Shown here piece by piece: positions 9,445 to 17,823 of a DNA stretch of 61,561 nt. Each line of letters starts with the position of its first letter. Position 1 is the stretch's first letter. This DNA comes from an uncultured Desulfovibrio sp. (lineage in GTDB: Bacteria; Desulfobacterota; Desulfovibrionia; Desulfovibrionales; Desulfovibrionaceae), in the NCBI GenBank assembly GCA_944327095.1, contig CALVGM010000119.1, positions 1 to 61,561 of the forward strand. The letters run 5' to 3'. Below the pieces are notes generated by a model. It was not told where the DNA came from. It did no database searches and saw nothing but the letters and a program-made list of their open reading frames with translations. Both the position numbers and the translations under genes were made by a program.

Positions 9445-10329
9445 CTATTCCCTGCCCCACAGCGCGAGCAGGGGACCTGCCGGCATGAGGGCCTCCAGGG
9501 GAATTTCCACGTCCTTGGCGTCTGGCATGCGCGTGACCTGGTAGGGCTGGAAATACACCCTGACGCCACGAGACGTGAGGGCAATGCTCGCGAAGTTTTC
9601 CGGCAGGGGAAGGGTTCCGGACTCGATGTCCTCGCGCATGAGCACGCCAGCGCCCTGCATGAGCTGCTTGCGCGACTCGCTCGAGAGAATGCGCAGGGCT
9701 GTGTCCACATTTTCGAATATGTCCACTATGTGCAGTCTCTGCCCGCTCAGCAGGTTGTAGTTCAGGGTGAGGATGTCCTGATTGAGATGCGAGGAGCCTG
9801 TGTGCATCCACACGTCAAAGACAATGCTGGCGCACACGCTTGAGGCCCTGAACACGCTGTAGCTGGCGTTGAGCCAGGCCACGTTGTAGTCTTCCTGCGC
9901 GAGGAAGCTGCCGGGTTCCGGAGTCGCGAAGTCGTTTTCGAAGGTCGTGGCAATATGCCCTACCCAGGCCTCGATGTCCCTGTCCACGTCCGCCCTGCCC
10001 AGCACAGGGTACTGGAAGAGTATGTCGGGCATGTGTCTGCGGCCTGCGCGCTCCAAAACCGCGCGCCTTGCGGCAGGTGCGCCAGCTCCGCCCTCGGAGC
10101 GCATGTCCCGCAGGCCGGAAGGCTCTTCCTGCCTTGCGTCTCCGCGCCCGTGCCCCGAGCCGTCGGGATGGGGCGGCTCCTGGGTATTTTGCTGGAGATA
10201 CAGATACTTTTCCAGATTGAGCAGCGGAGCGCTGATCAGGGGCGAGGGAAGGGAAAGCGCTGCGCATTCCCAAAAAAGCGTACAAAGGACAAGCAGGAAA
10301 GGCCTGCGCCACACAATTGCGGACGACAT
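9445..10329 (-). CDS. Exported DUF4163/DUF3298 (RsiV/PdaC-like) domain protein
   Basis: Hydrophobic N-terminus; QYPVLG, HTGSSH..., TLNYNLLSGQRL..DIF and VYFQPYQV...VEIP patterns. Start uncertain. Confidence 0.65.
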   Translation of the reverse strand: MSSAIVWRRPFLLVLCTLFWECAALSLPSPLISAPLLNLEKYLYLQQNTQEPPHPDGSGHGRGDARQEEPSGLRDMRSEGGAGAPAARRAVLERAGRRHMPDILFQYPVLGRADVDRDIEAWVGHIATTFENDFATPEPGSFLAQEDYNVAWLNASYSVFRASSVCASIVFDVWMHTGSSHLNQDILTLNYNLLSGQRLHIVDIFENVDTALRILSSESRKQLMQGAGVLMREDIESGTLPLPENFASIALTSRGVRVYFQPYQVTRMPDAKDVEIPLEALMPAGPLLALWGRE

Positions 10330-10501
10330 TTGAGACAACCGACCGAACAAGGGAGTCTGAACAGGGGAAACATCAGGGCGGGACAGCCGCGCGTTGGCGC
10401 TGCCAATCCGTTGGGCAAGCCTCTATCCTTGCCCGCGCCAGCCTGTCAATGACAAATTGCCCGGCACCCCGGGGCAAAGGGCAAAAGCCTGGCTCTCTCC
10501 C

Positions 10502-12457
10502 CTAGCCCTCCCTGTGGCCTTCGCCCGCGAGATCGGCCAGACAAGCCGCAATCTTGCGCGCCCTGGCCCTGCCTATGCCCGGTATGGTGGCAAGCTCCTC
10601 CACGCTGGCCTTTTGCATGGCCGCAAGGGAGTCAAAGTGATCCCACAAGAGCCTTGCCGTGGCAGCGCCTATGCCCGGCAGGCGCATGAGCTCGGCAGAA
10701 AGCGCTGTGCGTGACCTGGCCTTCCTGTGGCTTGTAATGGCAAAATGGTGGGTACTGTCGCGTACGCTCTGCAAGAAGAGCAGCTCCGGGCTCCCCTCGC
10801 GGAAGGGAAGCGGGTTGCTGCGCCCGGGCACAAAGATGCGGTCTGCCACATTGCCCGCGCGCCTGTCCGCGTGCCCCTGCTCATCCCTGGCCTTGGCTAT
10901 GCCCGCCACGGCAAAGAGCCCTTCCCTGCCGCTTTCCTGCAGGGCGCGGACCACCGAGGCCACCTGGCCACGGCCGCCGTCCACAAGCAAAAGATCCGGC
11001 CAGGGCGGGCCGCTCTCAAGGCGTCGTGCCACCCAGGCGTGCAGGGTCTGGTAGTCGTCGTTGCTGTCCGGCATGTTGTAGACGCGCCAGGCCTGGCGGT
11101 CGGCCACACCGTCCGTGTAGACCACAAGCCCCACCCTGGTCTGCCTGCCCTGGGTGTGGGACACGTCCACGCACTCGATGCGCGCCAGGGGTGCTTCCAG
11201 ATGCAAGAGCTTCGCTATGCCCGGCAGGGGGCCGCTTGTGGCTGCCCTTTTCCTGCGCAGTGTCTCCTCCCTGGCATTGCCCTGGGCTATGTCCACCAGC
11301 CTGTTGTCCGCAGCGTTTTGCGGAGCCACAAGACGCACTGGTGCGGCGCGCCTTTCCGAAAGCCATTGCTCGAGAACTTCCCTTGAGCCTGTATGCCCTG
11401 CGGCACCAGAGGTTTTTGTGAATCCTGCTCCTGCGTCAGACAAGCCCGAAGCCTCGGCATCCCCGCTGTCTGCGCCCTGTCTGTCCCTTTCGTCCTCCTC
11501 CTCTTCCCCGTCCCTGGGGATCCAGGGCAAAAGGATGCGCCCAGGAGGAAGTGCGTCGACATAGAACTGGCCCACAAAGCTGAAGAGAAGCTCGGACGCG
11601 TCCCCAAAGTCCAGACCCTGCCAAAAGAAGGATCTGCCGTCCATGACCGCGCCGGAGCGCACAAAGATGATGCCGAGCGCAAGGCCGTCCTCGCCCGCGT
11701 ACAGGCCTATGACATCCATGTCCCCGCCCTTGGGCAGGACAACGGCCTGCTGTTCTATGGTCCGCTCCACAGCCTGTATCTGATCGCGGTAGAGGGCAGC
11801 CTGCTCGAATTCCAGCTCGTCCGAGGCCTTGAGCATCTTCTCCTTCAGCTCTGCCAGAAAGTCATCCGCCTTGCCGGAAAGCACCTGGCAGACGTGGTCC
11901 ACGTGCTCGTGGTAGGTCGAGACAGGCACATTGCCCATGCAGGGCGCAAGGCACTGGCCCATGTGGTGGTAGAGGCAGGGACGCACGCGGTTGCGCATGG
12001 CCCTGTCCGTGCACCTGCGCAGGGGAAAGGCCCGATGCAGGAGCTTCCAGGTCTGCCTGGCAGCCAGGGCCGAGGTAAAGGGGCCAAAGTAGCGGGCCTG
12101 ATCGCGCCTTGCGTGGCGTACAATCTCAAGGCGCGGGTAGCTGGCCTTCACGTCCAGGCGAAAGAGCGCGTACTGCTTGTCGTCGCGCAAAAGGATGTTG
12201 TAGTGGGGCCTGTACTTCTTGATGAGGCTCGCCTCGAGCAGAAAGGCCTCCTTGTCCGTGGTAGTGGTCAGGTACTCGAGGCTTTGGGCATGGGACAGCA
12301 TGGCCACGGTCTTGGCCGGGATGTCGCTGCGAAAGTAGGAGAGCACGCGCCTTCTGAGCACACACGCCTTGCCCACGTAGATGACCCTGGATGCCCCGTC
12401 CCGGTAGAGATAGACCCCGGGGCAGGCCGGTATGCTTTGCGGATCGGGTTTTTCCAT
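10502..12457 (-). CDS. uvrC: Excinuclease ABC subunit C
   Basis: GIY-YIG domain (PGVYLY...IYVGKA), UVR motif, RIECVDVSH, PDLLLVDGGRGQ and C-terminal HhH (PGIG twice). Confidence 0.96.
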   Translation of the reverse strand: MEKPDPQSIPACPGVYLYRDGASRVIYVGKACVLRRRVLSYFRSDIPAKTVAMLSHAQSLEYLTTTTDKEAFLLEASLIKKYRPHYNILLRDDKQYALFRLDVKASYPRLEIVRHARRDQARYFGPFTSALAARQTWKLLHRAFPLRRCTDRAMRNRVRPCLYHHMGQCLAPCMGNVPVSTYHEHVDHVCQVLSGKADDFLAELKEKMLKASDELEFEQAALYRDQIQAVERTIEQQAVVLPKGGDMDVIGLYAGEDGLALGIIFVRSGAVMDGRSFFWQGLDFGDASELLFSFVGQFYVDALPPGRILLPWIPRDGEEEEDERDRQGADSGDAEASGLSDAGAGFTKTSGAAGHTGSREVLEQWLSERRAAPVRLVAPQNAADNRLVDIAQGNAREETLRRKRAATSGPLPGIAKLLHLEAPLARIECVDVSHTQGRQTRVGLVVYTDGVADRQAWRVYNMPDSNDDYQTLHAWVARRLESGPPWPDLLLVDGGRGQVASVVRALQESGREGLFAVAGIAKARDEQGHADRRAGNVADRIFVPGRSNPLPFREGSPELLFLQSVRDSTHHFAITSHRKARSRTALSAELMRLPGIGAATARLLWDHFDSLAAMQKASVEELATIPGIGRARARKIAACLADLAGEGHREG

Positions 12458-12472
12458 GGCGTGGCTGGCGGC

Positions 12473-13858
12473 CTAGTGTCCGGTAATGCCGTACTTCTTG
12501 AGCTTGTACTGCAGAAGACTCTTGGAAATGTTCAAAAGCTCCGCTGCCTTGACCTGCACAAGATCCGCCCGCACCAGGGCCCTGCGTATGATGGCGGCCT
12601 CTATCTTGTTCAATGTGGCCACAAGATCCAGCTGCACTGGCAGAAGATCCACAGCGCTCTTGAACTGGGACTCCTCGTCGCGGATTTCCGCAGGCAAATC
12701 CTCCTCGTCTATGACCTGCCCGGGCACAAGCACCATGCAGTTCTCCACGATGTTTTCAAGCTGGCGTATGTTGCCCGGCCAGTCGTAGCCCGTGAGGTAG
12801 TTGAGCGCCTTGGTGGAAAAGCTCTTCACCTCGGTCATGTTGTTGTCCTGGCGTATCTTGTCAATAAAGTGGGCCACAAGCAGGGGAATGTCCTCACGTC
12901 TTTCGCGCAGGGGAGCCATGTGCAGCTGGACCACGTTCACGCGGTAGTAGAGGTCCTCGCGAAAGGCCCCCTCCTCCACCTTCTTCTGCAGGTCGCAGGT
13001 CGTGGCCATGCAAAAGCGCACGTCCACGCTGATGGACTGGGTTCCACCCACGCGCTGCAGGCACCTGTCCTGCAGAACGCGCAAGAGCTTGACCTGCAAA
13101 TCCGGGGACAGGGCGGCGAGCTCGTCCAGAAAGAGTGTTCCGCCCTCGGCCTGCTCGATGCGGCCGCGCTGTATGGCCGGGCTGCCCTCCACGGAAGAAG
13201 GAATCTCGCTGCCAAAGAGCTCGCGCTCCAGGGCTTCGGGAGAAAGGGAGGTGCAGTCCACAGCCACAAAGGGCTTGTCCTTGCGGGGGCTGGCAAGATG
13301 GATGGCGCGCGCTGCCATCTCCTTGCCTGTGCCGGTCTCGCCTGTGATGAGCACGGTTGTCCTGCCCGGAGCCGTGCGCTCGATCTTCTGGCGCACGCTC
13401 ACAATGTTCTTGCTCCTGCCCACCAGGGTGTGTACCCCGAAGCGCTCCTGCATGGCCTCCTGCAACAGCCTGTACTGACGATGGGCGCGGGAGAGTTCCA
13501 CTGCGTTGTGGATGGAGAGCAAAAGCTCGTCGTTGGAAAAGGGCTTGGTGATGTAGTCGAAGGCCCCGTACTTCATGGTCTCCACTGCGCTTTCAATGGT
13601 CCCGAAGGCAGTCATGATAAGCACGGGGATGTGCGGCAGCTGCTTTTTGACCTGCATCAGTATTTCCACGCCGGACACATGGGGCATCTTCATGTCCGTC
13701 ACCACAACGTCCACTTCGCTTTCCTGCAGAAAGGCCAGGGCCGTGACGGGATCGTTGATGGCCGTCACTGTGTAGCCCGCGTCCTCAAGCAGGGTCTGCA
13801 GCACAAGAAGATAGTTCTTTTCGTCGTCTATGACGAGAATATGGGCATTTTCGGACAT
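12473..13858 (-). CDS. NtrC/AtoC-family response regulator (REC-AAA+-Fis HTH) with degenerate GAFTGA loop
   Basis: REC domain (IDDE, TDMKMP); GETGTGKE, TLFLDE, FREDLYYR, WPGNIRQLEN; HTH. ELFG is followed by SEIPSSVEGS instead of GAFTGA. Confidence 0.92.
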   Translation of the reverse strand: MSENAHILVIDDEKNYLLVLQTLLEDAGYTVTAINDPVTALAFLQESEVDVVVTDMKMPHVSGVEILMQVKKQLPHIPVLIMTAFGTIESAVETMKYGAFDYITKPFSNDELLLSIHNAVELSRAHRQYRLLQEAMQERFGVHTLVGRSKNIVSVRQKIERTAPGRTTVLITGETGTGKEMAARAIHLASPRKDKPFVAVDCTSLSPEALERELFGSEIPSSVEGSPAIQRGRIEQAEGGTLFLDELAALSPDLQVKLLRVLQDRCLQRVGGTQSISVDVRFCMATTCDLQKKVEEGAFREDLYYRVNVVQLHMAPLRERREDIPLLVAHFIDKIRQDNNMTEVKSFSTKALNYLTGYDWPGNIRQLENIVENCMVLVPGQVIDEEDLPAEIRDEESQFKSAVDLLPVQLDLVATLNKIEAAIIRRALVRADLVQVKAAELLNISKSLLQYKLKKYGITGH

Positions 13859-14086
13859 GATGGACCTCTATTGAAACTCCCGGACATTACCTTGGGCAAC
13901 AAAACCCTCTCCTTGCAGCGCGGTTCGCAGGCCCCAAGCGCAAGGCCCAGGTTCTGCCCCGGGCGGCGCGCTCACTGTGCCTGAGTCGACCGCAAGGCGC
14001 AATTTGTCTTGCGCGATCGACAGATTGCGCGATTGTCCTGCCGCTTGCGCGATCAGGGCCAGTGAGGGCTTGTCCAGCCCTCATAT

Positions 14087-14138
14087 GTATGCAAATATCC
14101 GGATATACAAATATGTCTATATACGAATTCTGCGATAT
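14087..14138. repeat. AT-rich degenerate tandem array with 8-bp period (ATAT cores)
   Basis: ATAT at 14095, 14103, 14111, 14119 and 14135; variants GTAT at 14087 and ATTC at 14127; all in one 8-nt register. Confidence 0.6.
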
Positions 14139-14173
14139 ATATACTATCACAGGATGTTGGATTGATTTTTTGT

Positions 14174-15715
14174 TCAGACAGACAGCTGCTTTTGTGCGCC
14201 GCAGCTCTCCTGCACCTCGACCGGAGCAAGGGGAAGCAGCACTTCCACCCTGGCCCCGCCCTCCTCGGCATTGGAAAGATGCACGCTGCCGCCATGGGAC
14301 TCGATGATGGAGCGGACAATGGGAAGGCCAAGGCCCGTGCCTGCGTCCTTGGTGGTGAAGAAGGGCTCGAACAGCTTGTCTATGGTGTCCGGGTCAAAGC
14401 CGGGCCCCGAGTCCGTGACCTCCACCACGGCCCAGTCCTCCCGCTCGAAGGTGCGCAGGATGAGGGTGCCGTCCTTCTTCATGGCCTGGCGACCGTTCAC
14501 AAGGATATTGTACAGGGCGCGGTACAAGAGATCCTTGTCTCCCAAAACCCACAGATGCCCGCACAAGTGCGATTCTACCACGATGTTGTCCCTGGCGAAA
14601 TCCCCCTCCACAAAGGCCAGGATCTGGCCTATCACAAGCTCGAGATCGACTGGATCCTGCTTTGGCTGCCTGGGGCGTGCGTAGTCGAGAAAGTCGTTCA
14701 CTGTCTGCGACAGGCGCAGGGACTCGTCGTATATGGCCTGCATGAGCATGGCCGTTGCCTTGTCCGACTTGCTGCTGGCCCTTCTTTGCAAAAGCTCGGC
14801 TGTCGAACGGATAATGCCCAGCGGGTTGCGTATCTCGTGGGCTATGCTTGCCACCACGCGCCCCATGCTCACAAGCCTTTCCGTGCTCTGCAGCTCCTTT
14901 TCCAGCTGCATGTTCTTCTGCATGCGCAGGCTCAGGACCCTCTCGGCCCTGTGGATGATGATTATGAGCAGAATGAACATGATGATGGAGGACATGAGGC
15001 ACATAATCACGATGGCCGCCTGGAAAAGCAGCACCTGGGCGTAGTCGGCCGTGATGTCCTGGGTGAGCTCGAGCACACCGAGCACAGGGGACGCGCCTGT
15101 ATTGTAGGCGTCGCCGCGCAGGGGATAGAGCACCCGCAACTTGACGGTATTGGGCTTCAGGGGCCAGTGCAGGGGCATCTTCCAGACATCGATGTCCGAC
15201 ACTGTCTCGGGCTTGAGCAGCTCGCCCTGGAAGGCCCCGCCTATGTTCAGGGGGGCCAGGCCCTTGCGGCCTATTTCCGAGGGGTCCGTGGAATAGGCCA
15301 CCACCCTGTTGAAGTCGTACACGCGCAGCCTGGACACGGGCAGCCCCTCGATGACCGAGCGGACAACCCCGTCCAGACGATCGTGCTGCTCTTCCTGGCG
15401 CAGGGCTATGTGCCCGTAGGCAAGGATTGTGGGCACCGCAAAGCGCTGGAAGATCTGGTTGTTCAGATTCTGGGCCAGGAGCAGGGCAAAGCCCTCCTGG
15501 CGTTCCATGAGCGTCTGTCTGGCCTGGTTGGAGATGAAGAAGGAAAGTCCCAGGCTCACGAGCAGGACCACAAGCAGGGACAGCCAGGACAGGGTACGGG
15601 CATAGCTCAGGGACAGTCCCCCGTCCCCCTGCAGCCTGCCACCACGGAACAGGCCCTTCTTGCCGTTTGTCTGGCCGTTTGCGACCTGTCCGTCCACTCC
15701 CCTGTTGTCCGGCAT
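14174..15715 (-). CDS. Membrane-bound sensor histidine kinase
   Basis: Two TM segments; H-box AHEIRNPL; N-box NILVNG; G boxes DSGPG, FEPFFTTK and GTGLGL. Confidence 0.93.
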   Translation of the reverse strand: MPDNRGVDGQVANGQTNGKKGLFRGGRLQGDGGLSLSYARTLSWLSLLVVLLVSLGLSFFISNQARQTLMERQEGFALLLAQNLNNQIFQRFAVPTILAYGHIALRQEEQHDRLDGVVRSVIEGLPVSRLRVYDFNRVVAYSTDPSEIGRKGLAPLNIGGAFQGELLKPETVSDIDVWKMPLHWPLKPNTVKLRVLYPLRGDAYNTGASPVLGVLELTQDITADYAQVLLFQAAIVIMCLMSSIIMFILLIIIIHRAERVLSLRMQKNMQLEKELQSTERLVSMGRVVASIAHEIRNPLGIIRSTAELLQRRASSKSDKATAMLMQAIYDESLRLSQTVNDFLDYARPRQPKQDPVDLELVIGQILAFVEGDFARDNIVVESHLCGHLWVLGDKDLLYRALYNILVNGRQAMKKDGTLILRTFEREDWAVVEVTDSGPGFDPDTIDKLFEPFFTTKDAGTGLGLPIVRSIIESHGGSVHLSNAEEGGARVEVLLPLAPVEVQESCGAQKQLSV

Positions 15716-15733
15716 GTCCCTGCCTCCCTTTGA

Positions 15734-17080
15734 CTAGAAATCCTGCCGCACTTCGGCAGTCTTCAGATAGTGCGCAAGAAGCTTTTCTTCATCCTCGTAG
15801 CCTGGCTTGCCAAGACGGGCGTTGGCAAGCCTCTTGCCAAGCTCCACAGCCGGCTGATCCAGGGGATTGATGCCCATGAGCCAGCCTGTAAGCACTGTGG
15901 CTATCTCCAGCAGCATCATGAGCTTGCCTCCGGATTTTTCCGAAGCGTCGTCAAGGCAGATCTGCACTAGGGGGACGTCGTGCATGGAAAGCGCCATGCG
16001 CGTGCCCAGGGACTCGGCCTCGATGAGGCAGGAGAAGGGCTTGCCGGACAGAAATTCCCAGCCCTTGGGAAGGTTGTCCGGGAAGGTTGGGCCGGCATTG
16101 TGTTTTTCGCTTGTCACAAAGAGGCAGGCCTTGTTGCGTATGCCGTCCAGAAACATCTGGTTTACGGAATGCTGGTCCGTCACACCGGTTGCGGGAATAG
16201 GCATGGTGCCAAGGCCCTCCTTGCCCAGGCTTTCCGCCCACAGCTGGGCGAACCAGGGGCCGTACATGGCAAAGAGAGGCTCGTAGCAGAAGAAGATGAG
16301 GTCCGTGTAGCCATAGTCCTCGAGGGCCTTGGCCCAGGAAGCCAGGGCCATGGAAGGATGGGTGGCCAGGGAGGCCTGGTTGTCCACCAGCGGCCTTGCC
16401 AGGGAGGCCGCGCCCTCAAGCAGGGCTTCCCAGTCAATGCCAAGGAAGGCCGCAGGCAAAAGGCCCACAGCGGAAAGGGCCGAGTAGCGGCCGCCGAGAT
16501 TGTCGGGCACTTCCAGGGCATCCAGACCGTGCGCGCGCGCCTCTTCGCGCAAAAAGCCCTTTGCCTCGTCCGTAACCACGATCATGTGATCCTTCCAGGC
16601 CTCTCCAAGAGCCTTTTGCAGCCATTCCCTGGCCAGAAAATACTGGGAGATGGTCTCGATGGTGCCCCCGGACTTGGAAATGGTCACCACAACCGTTCTT
16701 TGGGGATCCAGCAGGCCGAACCAGTCGCCCAGGGTCGTGGGGCAGACATTGTCGGCAATCCAGATCTGCTTGCCCTCGTGCCCGCCGTGACCAGGCATGT
16801 CCACCTCCCTGGCAAAGGCCTTTTGCATGGCCCGCGTGCCAAGGGCAGAACCGCCTATGCCCAGTACAAGCATATGCTTGTACTGCCTTGTCTTTTCCAC
16901 AAGACGGGGCATGTCGCGCTTCAGTGTTTCCACATAGCCCATGCGCAGGAAGGGAAGCAGTCCGGCATCCACTTCTTTGGCAAGGCGCAGAGACAGTTCC
17001 TGCGCCCTTGCGGCCAGGGATTGCACATGGCTTTCACGAACCCGGGCCGTGCAGGCCCTTGACCATTCTAGATAGGACAT
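15734..17080 (-). CDS. pgi: Glucose-6-phosphate isomerase
   Basis: Motifs GIGGSALG, SKSGGTIET, GGRYS, QLWAESLGK, DQHS and NPLDQPAVELGK. Confidence 0.96.
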   Translation of the reverse strand: MSYLEWSRACTARVRESHVQSLAARAQELSLRLAKEVDAGLLPFLRMGYVETLKRDMPRLVEKTRQYKHMLVLGIGGSALGTRAMQKAFAREVDMPGHGGHEGKQIWIADNVCPTTLGDWFGLLDPQRTVVVTISKSGGTIETISQYFLAREWLQKALGEAWKDHMIVVTDEAKGFLREEARAHGLDALEVPDNLGGRYSALSAVGLLPAAFLGIDWEALLEGAASLARPLVDNQASLATHPSMALASWAKALEDYGYTDLIFFCYEPLFAMYGPWFAQLWAESLGKEGLGTMPIPATGVTDQHSVNQMFLDGIRNKACLFVTSEKHNAGPTFPDNLPKGWEFLSGKPFSCLIEAESLGTRMALSMHDVPLVQICLDDASEKSGGKLMMLLEIATVLTGWLMGINPLDQPAVELGKRLANARLGKPGYEDEEKLLAHYLKTAEVRQDF

Positions 17081-17131
17081 AGAATTACTCCATTGTCTTC
17101 AAAAGATAGGGTACGCCCATTGCGCGCGCAA

Positions 17132-17641
17132 TCAGGCATTTTTGCCACAGCACTTCTTGTATTTCTTGCCACTGCCACAGGGGCAGGGATCGTTTCTCCC
17201 CACCTTCGGGCTCTCGCGACGGATGGGTTCGCGCGCAAGGGGGATGCCACCTGTGTAGTACAGCCTGCCCTCGACGGGCCTGAAATAGGCATGTTCGGCC
17301 AATTCCCTCGCTACGCCGTCCACAATGTAGTCTGCCACGTAGTCCACGTATTCGCAGCCTTCTTCCTCGTCCCTGCCGCTTCCAAGAATCGCAAGCCTGC
17401 GCCAGTCCAGGCCCGAAGCCCGTTCCTCCAGCATGCTTGCCGTAATAGCTTCTTCGCCTTCCTCCTGCCAAGCTGTCCTTTCCAGATAGTCCCAGGCGCC
17501 CACGGCATAGGCGCAGTAGCGGGTCCGCAGCATGGTGAGCGGATCCTCTGGCCAGCGCTCTTCCCTGTGGTAGGGAGCGCAGCATTCCTCATAGCTCTTG
17601 CCACTGCCGCAGGGGCAGGTAGTCATTGTTGTGTCAGACAT
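17132..17641 (-). CDS. ychJ: YchJ-family protein (N-terminal SEC-C knuckle, NTF2-like domain, C-terminal SEC-C)
   Basis: [13 protein letters not shown]...MLRTRYCAY...[14 protein letters not shown]...[20 protein letters not shown]. Confidence 0.85.
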   Translation of the reverse strand: MSDTTMTTCPCGSGKSYEECCAPYHREERWPEDPLTMLRTRYCAYAVGAWDYLERTAWQEEGEEAITASMLEERASGLDWRRLAILGSGRDEEEGCEYVDYVADYIVDGVARELAEHAYFRPVEGRLYYTGGIPLAREPIRRESPKVGRNDPCPCGSGKKYKKCCGKNA

Positions 17642-17823
17642 GTTCTGTATCCTTCGTGTTGTCCCCCACATGGGGGAGAAATTCCCTGGTTCTGTTGTAT
17701 TCTGGCTGTACGGTAAACCGAAAGACTGTACGCGGGCTCTTGCGTGGCTCAGGCATTTTTGCCGCAGCACTTCTTGTATTTCTTGCCGCTGCCACAGGGG
17801 CAGGGGTCGTTTCTTCCCACCTT
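17132..17823. repeat. 75-bp direct repeat pair (17132-17206 and 17749-17823) encoding identical C-termini [24 protein letters not shown]
   Basis: 71/75 nt identical by manual comparison; the 4 differences are synonymous. Confidence 0.9.
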
